Below, in pieces: positions 9,953 to 16,114 of a stretch of DNA of 32,000 bases (position 1 is its first letter; every line of letters begins with the position of its first letter). The stretch is from Rosenbergiella nectarea (GTDB lineage: Bacteria; Pseudomonadota; Gammaproteobacteria; Enterobacterales; Enterobacteriaceae). Location: NCBI RefSeq assembly GCF_900111105.1, contig NZ_FOGC01000001.1, positions 162,323 to 194,322 on the forward strand, written 5' to 3'. The translations under genes and the position numbers were made by a program. The notes under the pieces are model-generated. The model did not search any database and had not been told where the DNA came from. It saw nothing but the letters and a program-made list of their open reading frames with translations.

Positions 9953-12049
9953 ATGATCGAAATATTGGGAATGAAACCTAGGAATCATTACTTAGGTAAT
10001 ATGATTGAGGAAGAGATAAGTAAAATAGAGGGTACCAAAGGATATTACTATAGGGGGTTTCCTGTTATATCCCTCTCTGATAGCGGAATATCTTTAGATG
10101 GAATATTATGCTCCGAAAAACATGGGTTAATTATATTTCATTTCACAGAGGAAAGTGAAATAACTGATGATTACATTGAGTCTATCGATGAAATTCATAT
10201 GAAATTTATATCTAAGATTTCAGAAGTAAAATCATTAACAAAAAATAGAATGTTGAACCTTCCTTTAAACAGTATAGTTTTTTGCCCTAACTCTAGTAAC
10301 CACGAAAATATCGATTTTGATGAAGGACTTTTTTTATCAGATAGAGCAGAAGTTATTTCAGAATTTATGAGTTCAATTAATTGGGGGGATGGTGGGTTAT
10401 TAGAAACCTTATTATCCAACATCCAATCATTATCTAAGTTGAAGTCTAAGAAAAAACGGTTTTATGTCAAGAAAAATGATTCGAAGGGAAGTGTGTTAAA
10501 AAGGTTAGATAGTTCCCTTGCAACACTGGACTCCAGTCAAACAACTGCTGTTCTTGTTAATATAGATGGTGTCCAGAGAATTAGAGGGCTGGCGGGTTCA
10601 GGAAAAACAATTGTTCTAGCTAGAAAAATAGCACATATCCATTCACAAAATCCTGATTGGAAAATAGCTGTAACGTTCAACAGTAGATCGCTAAAAGAAC
10701 AATTAAAATTTTTGATAACAGCATTTTCAGGTGAAGATGGAGTTGATTGGGATAACGTTGAGATAATACATGCTTGGGGAGGAACAAAAATACATGGTAT
10801 GTATTATAAAGCATGCCTTCTGCATAATGTACCTTTTTATGATTTTGGCGAATCTAAAAGTTTAATGGAAGAAGGTGATACTCCATTTCAAGCTGTTTGC
10901 AGGAATTTTCTAGAAGCTAAAAAAGAAGATATACCATTATATGATTTTATATTAGTGGATGAGGCACAAGATTTTTCTGTAGAATTCCTAAGAATCTGTT
11001 ACAGCCTTTTAAAAGATGAAAAAAGATTAGTCTATGCTTATGATGAATTACAAAACTTAGGTGACCAATCCATGCCATCTCCTGAACAAATATGGGGTAA
11101 GAAAGAAGATGGTACACCAGTAGTCTCATTCACTTCTGAAGAACAAGACATAACTTTAGATATTTGTTACCGAAATCCTGGACCTATTCTTACTACAGCT
11201 CATGCCTTAGGATTTGGTATCTACCATACTCCTATGATCCAAATGTTTGATTTTGAGGGGTTGTGGACAGAAATAGGTTATCAAAAAATTGATGGTGAAT
11301 TGGTTGAGGGCAAGGATGTAATTCTTTCAAGAACTCAAGAATCAAGCCCATCTTTATTAAGTTCGCATAATTCAATTGATGAAATGATTAATTTTAATAA
11401 GTTTGTTAATAAAATTGATCAATCTAATTGGATTGCTCAGCAAATTATAAAAAATATAAAAGAAGAAGAGCTCTTACCAAGTGATATTGTCGTTATTCAC
11501 CCCGATACTATGCGGATGCGTAAGGAAGTTGGTTATTTAAGAGATCTCCTTTTTAATAATGGTATTAATAACTCTATTGCAGGTATAACTAGCTCACCTG
11601 ATGAGTTTTTCTCTGATAACTCTGTAACATTTACTTCAATATTTAGAGCTAAAGGTAATGAAGCAGCTATGGTTTATATAATGGATGCTGATTATTGTAA
11701 CGTTGACTATGAACTATCAAAGAGAAGAAATATCCTTTTCACGGCGATGACTAGAACAAAGGCATGGTTGAGAGTCTGTGGAATAGGTCAATTTTTCGAT
11801 GGTTTGGTAACAGAATTCGAGACGGTTAGAAATAAAAACTTCTCATTGGACTTTCGTTATCCAACTGCAGAAGAACGCGATAAAATGAAAGTCGTTAATA
11901 GGGATATGACTGTTCATGAAAGGAAAAGGGTAAGTGCAGCTAAGTTGAATGCTCAAAATCTTAGTAACTTACTTGATGGGCAAGTCAAAATTGAAGACAT
12001 TCCTGAAGACTTGAGGAACGCCTTAATTAGAAAGCTAACTGGTGGATAA
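9953..12049 (+). CDS. SF1 (UvrD/Rep-like) helicase-family ATPase with an unassigned ~200-aa N-terminal domain; satellite hotspot cargo gene 1
   Basis: Walker A GLAGSGKT (nt 10586-10609), Walker B LVDEAQDF (nt 10952-10975), YRNPG, SIFRAKGNEA and LFTAMTRTKAWL (UvrD_C-like motifs). The likely start is the ATG at 9953 after AGGAAA; the ORF is open from a TTG at 9923. Composition is strongly AT-rich relative to the satellite backbone. Confidence 0.8.
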   Translation: MIEILGMKPRNHYLGNMIEEEISKIEGTKGYYYRGFPVISLSDSGISLDGILCSEKHGLIIFHFTEESEITDDYIESIDEIHMKFISKISEVKSLTKNRMLNLPLNSIVFCPNSSNHENIDFDEGLFLSDRAEVISEFMSSINWGDGGLLETLLSNIQSLSKLKSKKKRFYVKKNDSKGSVLKRLDSSLATLDSSQTTAVLVNIDGVQRIRGLAGSGKTIVLARKIAHIHSQNPDWKIAVTFNSRSLKEQLKFLITAFSGEDGVDWDNVEIIHAWGGTKIHGMYYKACLLHNVPFYDFGESKSLMEEGDTPFQAVCRNFLEAKKEDIPLYDFILVDEAQDFSVEFLRICYSLLKDEKRLVYAYDELQNLGDQSMPSPEQIWGKKEDGTPVVSFTSEEQDITLDICYRNPGPILTTAHALGFGIYHTPMIQMFDFEGLWTEIGYQKIDGELVEGKDVILSRTQESSPSLLSSHNSIDEMINFNKFVNKIDQSNWIAQQIIKNIKEEELLPSDIVVIHPDTMRMRKEVGYLRDLLFNNGINNSIAGITSSPDEFFSDNSVTFTSIFRAKGNEAAMVYIMDADYCNVDYELSKRRNILFTAMTRTKAWLRVCGIGQFFDGLVTEFETVRNKNFSLDFRYPTAEERDKMKVVNRDMTVHERKRVSAAKLNAQNLSNLLDGQVKIEDIPEDLRNALIRKLTGG

Positions 12050-12052
12050 TGT

Positions 12053-12706
12053 ATGACACCTAGAGAAACTGTGATGTCTATCAATAAAATTTCATCTTAT
12101 TTGATTAGGGAAGGTTTTAGTGATAGCCAGAATTACCCTCGGCTTTTAGAAGATAATAGGAATTTTTATGTTGATTACTCGGGGTTTTCAGATATTTCAA
12201 AGTCTTTAAAAAATATTGATTATACTGAAATATATGATTATTTAGACGAGAATAATCAATATAATTTCAAGCTAATTGATGGTGCATTAGTTCATTTACT
12301 CTACACTTTCGATAAATCAACAGGTTTTTCTAAACAACGCCTATGCTACTTTCCTGCGCCTAACTTTGAACCATTTCAGAATGATCCAGAGTTATATCTT
12401 GATGAAGGAAATATGTATGCTGATGTTGTCAATAGATCGATTTTACCAGTACCTATTAGAGTAGATTTTGCACCTGATGATGGTAAGGAGATAATTCATC
12501 CTATTTCACATCTTACTTTAGGACAGTATAAAAATTGTAGGATACCGATGACTTCTCCTTTATGTCCTGTGACATTTATGAAGTTTATTTTAAGTTCATT
12601 CTATGGTGCAGCTTTTTTTGAAAGCAAATTTTCTTTATCGCATCATCTATATGACCATACCATCTTTCCAAGTGAAAGAAATGTGCTCCATTTGTCAATT
12701 GAATAA
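12053..12706 (+). CDS. 217-aa partner protein of the helicase (possible DUF2290-family); satellite hotspot cargo gene 2
   Basis: The ATG lies 3 nt after the helicase stop, with GGTGGA as a Shine-Dalgarno sequence inside the upstream gene's end. It shares the AT-rich composition. There is no signal peptide or TM segment. A conserved-looking block is IRVDFAPDD...IIHPISHLTLGQYKNCRIP. The DUF2290 assignment is inferred from the gene-pair architecture and was not searched. Confidence 0.55.
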   Translation: MTPRETVMSINKISSYLIREGFSDSQNYPRLLEDNRNFYVDYSGFSDISKSLKNIDYTEIYDYLDENNQYNFKLIDGALVHLLYTFDKSTGFSKQRLCYFPAPNFEPFQNDPELYLDEGNMYADVVNRSILPVPIRVDFAPDDGKEIIHPISHLTLGQYKNCRIPMTSPLCPVTFMKFILSSFYGAAFFESKFSLSHHLYDHTIFPSERNVLHLSIE

Positions 12707-12749
12707 CATACATATCAAATTGACTATTCGTTGCATGTTGAGATTAAGA

Positions 12750-12790
12750 GTGTGCAGTGCACACGCCCGCCCGCCTGCGCACTTCACTTA
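12750..12790. other. Candidate cos (cohesive end) region of satellite 1
   Basis: A 15-bp palindrome GTGTGCAGTGCACAC (12750-12764) abuts a GC-rich block CGCCCGCCCGCCTGCGCAC. Read on the minus strand, 12757-12775 is the 19-mer GGCGGGCGGGCGTGTGCAC, which shares the GGCG...GCAC ends and the length of the P2/P4 cos as I recall it. It sits in the same position as cos in P4, between the cargo and the late-operon terminator. The block is conserved at 22297-22315. Confidence 0.35.
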
Positions 12791-12939
12791 ACAATGCATT
12801 TTTCATGCACCTGTGATTTTATGCTAAAGCCCATATATCAAGGGCTATAGAGAGAATTTGAGTGCATGAGACTCATGCATTTTCATGCAGCATAGACATG
12901 CACTCAAGAAAAAGAACGCTAGCCAGAAAAAGGAGGTGT

Positions 12940-12962
12940 AAAAAAGCCCAACTTAATTGGGC
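12940..12962 (-). terminator. Rho-independent terminator of the psu-delta operon
   Basis: On the minus strand the hairpin GCCCAA-ttaag-TTGGGC is followed by a T6 run. It lies 38 nt downstream of the delta stop, and a copy is conserved at about 22457-22478. Confidence 0.75.
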
Positions 12963-12999
12963 GTGGAAGATAGTGAGAGGCAGGCTGGAGGCTCATTAA

Positions 13000-13275
13000 T
13001 TAGGTTTGAGCGTGTCGGTCGGGCAACGTGAATGATGAGCCATAACGGCGTAATGATTGACCTTTACGCATCTGCATTTTTGTTTCCTCGACTGTTTGCT
13101 CCTCTATTAGCCGTTCTGGTTTGCTGATAATTTTCTCTACATTTTCTAAAGCCGTAAATGTGCAGGAGCAATCGAGGTTTTTGCATTGGTAATAAATCCG
13201 CTTCACCGAATCAGATAGATACTGACTTGATCGGCAATGCGATATTTGTAAACAAAAGGGGCACTTTATCGCCAT
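13000..13275 (-). CDS. Ogr/Delta-family zinc-finger late transcriptional activator
   Basis: 91 aa: MAIKCPFCLQISHCRSSQYLSDSVKRIYYQCKNLDCSCTF, showing the CxxC...CxxxxC pattern and the YxQCxNxxCxxTF block shared with P2 Ogr. Confidence 0.88.
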   Translation of the reverse strand: MAIKCPFCLQISHCRSSQYLSDSVKRIYYQCKNLDCSCTFTALENVEKIISKPERLIEEQTVEETKMQMRKGQSLRRYGSSFTLPDRHAQT

Positions 13276-13994
13276 TATTTGCCACCTTGCTTCTTCGCTT
13301 CTCTACGAGCTCTGATTTTACTTCTTGCCGCAGGCGTTCCGCCCTTACGATAGTCATAATGCGAAGCGGATGCGGGGTAATGACCTACTAAGGTAAACGC
13401 AGGGTCATTTGGTAACTCGTCATTACTAAATACTCGTGATAAAACTTCATTTTTGACGAAATTAGTCAATGCGGTTTTCTCGTCATAATGGTTTTCAGTC
13501 GAATCCCGTAACGTCTCATTCATTAGAGTGAGTAGCTGTGTTAATTGCGCCCCATGCTGACTCATAAACTCGGCCCAGAGCTGGTTGGCCCGAATTCGTT
13601 TAAAATGTCTGTGTGCACCAATATATTCGAATGCTCTATCGGCAGTATCCCAAGGGATAGTCTCGATTTCTTCCTCAGTAGTTGAAATAAGTTCGTCAAA
13701 TACCTCTAACGATTCGCGATCTAAGGCTACCTCCGAGCGGAGTGCTCGCATTTCTTTTGTCATTTCACCTTCGTTGGCGCGGAACAACTCATGCCAGCGT
13801 TTGTTTTGCGCCTCAGCATTCGCAGCCGCCTCATTACGACGGGCTTTAATTGTGTCCACGCGGGCAGTCGCTTTACTTTCAATTGCTCGGGCGGCTAACC
13901 ATGCGCTCTTTGTCTTTTCAACATCTGCAATGGCGTTTTGTGTCGCGGCGGGTAAATAATTAATGAGGTCGTTTTGTGGGGTGCTCATGGTCAT
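13275..13994 (-). CDS. Psu-like protein (P4 polarity suppression / capsid decoration family), candidate
   Basis: 239 aa, with its stop overlapping the delta start (TAATG). Blocks KSAWLAAR, EFMSQHGAQL and GGTPAARSKI resemble P4 Psu blocks KAAWLQRK, DFMQQHGTAL and KFTPAQ as recalled. It is longer than P4 Psu, and the gene order is psu-delta rather than delta-psu. Confidence 0.55.
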   Translation of the reverse strand: MTMSTPQNDLINYLPAATQNAIADVEKTKSAWLAARAIESKATARVDTIKARRNEAAANAEAQNKRWHELFRANEGEMTKEMRALRSEVALDRESLEVFDELISTTEEEIETIPWDTADRAFEYIGAHRHFKRIRANQLWAEFMSQHGAQLTQLLTLMNETLRDSTENHYDEKTALTNFVKNEVLSRVFSNDELPNDPAFTLVGHYPASASHYDYRKGGTPAARSKIRARREAKKQGGK

Positions 13995-14147
13995 GCTCCA
14001 GTCAGTTTACTTTGTGTAAGTTAATTGTGCTGGAGCAGGCACAAAGGTTCGAGCAGATGAAATTGTATCATCGATAAAACAATTCCCTTTCTGGCTAGCC
14101 AAAAGAAGGTGCTCAAGGGCTTAATCAATTTAAAGTTTAACTATAAT

Positions 14148-14249
14148 TGTTCACCATTGTTCACCTTTAAAGAAAAGATATTAAATACATATAGTTATAG
14201 GGTGAACAATTAAAAATAATCCTTCACCCATTGTTCACCACTCTTCACC
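14148..14249. repeat. P4-type replication iteron cluster (crr-like)
   Basis: TGTTCACC at 14148-14155, 14158-14165 and 14232-14239. The inverted copy GGTGAACA is at 14201-14208. TTCACC variants are at 14223-14228 and 14244-14249. Confidence 0.75.
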
Positions 14250-14551
14250 CTCAATTATTTTCATTGCTTTGGGTAAAGGAATTATTTTTAATCTTTTTTC
14301 TTATATAAAAATCAATATTAATCACTTTATATCATTAGATTTTTCCGTAATGTCAGCGATTTGGCAAACACTGTCAAACCTTTGGAAACCTCATAAAACC
14401 TCAGGCCAAAATCAGTTTTTTTCAAGTGTTTTTTTCTAGTGACTCACACAATCCGACCTTGTTGCTTTCCCTTTAAATATGCTGAAAATAAAGAGCTACC
14501 AGATGCTAGGGAGATGTCCTTAGCACTTACTAGACGATTACGAGGTAGCTC

Positions 14552-14815
14552 ATGTTAGGACAATCATCGCCGTCATTTTCAACTCCATTACCTGCAATTC
14601 CCTTGCCTTCACCCGTGCAAGAACGCTTCATGCGTTTACCCGAAGTTATCCGTGTCAGCGGCCTTTCTCGTGCCACGATTTACGAGTTAATGCGCAAAGA
14701 CGCTTTCCCGCAAAACGTATCGCTCGGCGGTCGCAATGTTGCTTGGCCTGAAAGCGAAATCAATGCGTGGGTAAAAACGCGTATGGCTGCACGCACTCAA
14801 GGAGGCACGCAATGA
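14552..14815 (+). CDS. alpA: AlpA/Vis-family DNA-binding protein (excisionase / transcriptional regulator)
   Basis: MRLPEVIRVSGLSRATIYELMRKDAFPQNVSLGGRNVAWPESEINAWV is the canonical AlpA HTH. The ATG at 14552 has a GAGG Shine-Dalgarno sequence. An internal ATG at 14630 would give the more usual ~61-aa size. Confidence 0.88.
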   Translation: MLGQSSPSFSTPLPAIPLPSPVQERFMRLPEVIRVSGLSRATIYELMRKDAFPQNVSLGGRNVAWPESEINAWVKTRMAARTQGGTQ

Positions 14816-15015
14816 TTACGTTATTTATTGATAACCAGACACACAAATTGTCGCTTGAAGAAGCAAAAAATCTCGCCTTATCAATTGCCCATGAGGTAGA
14901 TGGTACTGGCGGCGTTCAAACCTTTAATACTCAATCACACCGTTTTTCCGTCAAACGCTCTAAGGATGTCGAGGCATCCGCAATGCCGGACTCAACTGAC
15001 TTAACGAACTGTTGA
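14812..15015 (+). CDS. Small hypothetical protein (P4-like early operon)
   Basis: The ATG at 14812 is preceded by AGGAGG and overlaps the alpA stop (ATGA). The protein is 67 aa (MITLFIDNQTHKLSLEEAKNL...). The longer form from 14767 in the ORF track is unlikely. Confidence 0.55.
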   Translation: MITLFIDNQTHKLSLEEAKNLALSIAHEVDGTGGVQTFNTQSHRFSVKRSKDVEASAMPDSTDLTNC

Positions 15016-15226
15016 GGTAGCAATGACCTCATTGATTTCATTCCTCGGCTTGCACGCCGAGGATGTTCTCTGCTACAGTATTTTCACTGTCGCAAAATCG
15101 ATAGTCGGGCGTAGGAACCCGTGTAACTCATTGGTGACACCAGACGCGCCATGCGTCTTTTTTTGTGTCTATGCCTTAGCGCACCTTATTTTTAGACCGC
15201 AAGTAAACTGCTGTCTGAGCAAAATT

Positions 15227-15559
15227 ATGGTGGCTCGGGCGGGGCAGTCTTCGGACTGGCCGGTATCCATTGAGGCCGGTATTCCTACCCCCGTTCGAGT
15301 CACCACCAATGAGCGTAGGAACTCCGGTGGTGGCAATAATCGCTACTCAATGGAGATTGTCGCTATGGCTAACCCTTCCGTATTATCACACCCGAATTTT
15401 ATCTTTGTCTTTGCCGCTATTCGTCGAATCGATACCCAAGCTCGCGTCTGTATGCTTCGCATTACTGCCTGTGATGAACGTAGCGCCCGTATGCAGCTTG
15501 TGCGTGAATACGTTCTGTCGTTGGCCGCCCGTTTGCCTTTATCGGGAGGTATCGCATGA
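15227..15559 (+). CDS. Ash-family / Icd-like (host cell division inhibitor-like) protein
   Basis: MVARAGQSSDWPVSIEAGIPTPVRVTTNE...GGGNN resembles the Ash family N-terminus. MANPSVLSHPNFIFVFAAIRR...RITACDERSARMQLVREYVLSLAARLP resembles Icd-like proteins of P4-type islands. The ORF is open from 15023, but that N-terminal extension looks non-genic. Confidence 0.6.
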   Translation: MVARAGQSSDWPVSIEAGIPTPVRVTTNERRNSGGGNNRYSMEIVAMANPSVLSHPNFIFVFAAIRRIDTQARVCMLRITACDERSARMQLVREYVLSLAARLPLSGGIA

Positions 15560-15780
15560 GTCAGCACATCCTCTCTACTCGTGATTTAGTGTGCCTTGAG
15601 CATATCCGCAATGCAGGGCGCTTTATTAACGAAAGTATCGTCGAGCAAGAAGCCCAGCAAATCTCTTCCCCGTTACAGCGTAGCCAACTGGCCTCGCTCA
15701 TTTTCCTTATGACTGAACAGTTAAATGGCGTGGTGACGCGCTGCCATGATAATTGGATGAATGAAGAGGTGAAATCATGA
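15556..15780 (+). CDS. Hypothetical protein (P4-like early operon)
   Basis: 74 aa, with an ATGA overlap with both the upstream and downstream genes, which indicates translational coupling. Confidence 0.55.
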   Translation: MSQHILSTRDLVCLEHIRNAGRFINESIVEQEAQQISSPLQRSQLASLIFLMTEQLNGVVTRCHDNWMNEEVKS

Positions 15781-16103
15781 AAGCACAATCTCCTAATACA
15801 GCATTACAACTGGCGTTAACCCGTCGTGCCGTGGCCTGTGCGTGGTTAACTGTTTGTCATGAACAACAGCGCTATCTTCGCCTTACCCTTGTGCGTCTTG
15901 AGTCTTACATTGAAATGGAACTCGAGAACTTCTATCTGCGTCAATACGGCGTGGAACAAGGCCAAGAGATTGCCTGTGCGTTCTTGAATGATTTACTGGT
16001 GACAACGCCTGTTAACGCTACGCCCTGCCTGAGTTTTCTTGGCAATGTTGTGATGGATGAGTTAAGCAGCCGCATTAACCCTGCACCTGTGACCGTTCAC
16101 TAA
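15777..16103 (+). CDS. Hypothetical protein (P4-like early operon)
   Basis: 108 aa, coupled by ATGA to the previous ORF. It ends 11 nt before the AGGAGA-preceded alpha start. Confidence 0.55.
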   Translation: MKAQSPNTALQLALTRRAVACAWLTVCHEQQRYLRLTLVRLESYIEMELENFYLRQYGVEQGQEIACAFLNDLLVTTPVNATPCLSFLGNVVMDELSSRINPAPVTVH

Positions 16104-16114
16104 GGAGAAGACAG

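Noticed and set aside
12603-12791. 62-aa ORF running from the end of cargo gene 2 across the cos-like block
   Set aside because: It overlaps the 3' end of a better-supported gene in another frame. It then reads through a palindrome and a GC-rich block that are conserved as DNA in satellite 2, where no equivalent ORF exists.
13158-13391. 77-aa plus-strand ORF (and its counterpart at 22696-22887) antisense to delta/psu
   Set aside because: It is antisense to two confidently assigned genes. The counterpart in satellite 2 persists only because the DNA is duplicated.
15270-15584. Overlapping ORFs 15270-15584 (+) and 15343-15567 (-) in the Ash/Icd region
   Set aside because: They compete with the frame that carries recognisable Ash/Icd-like sequence and is ATGA-coupled to the next gene. 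Nothing independent supports them.
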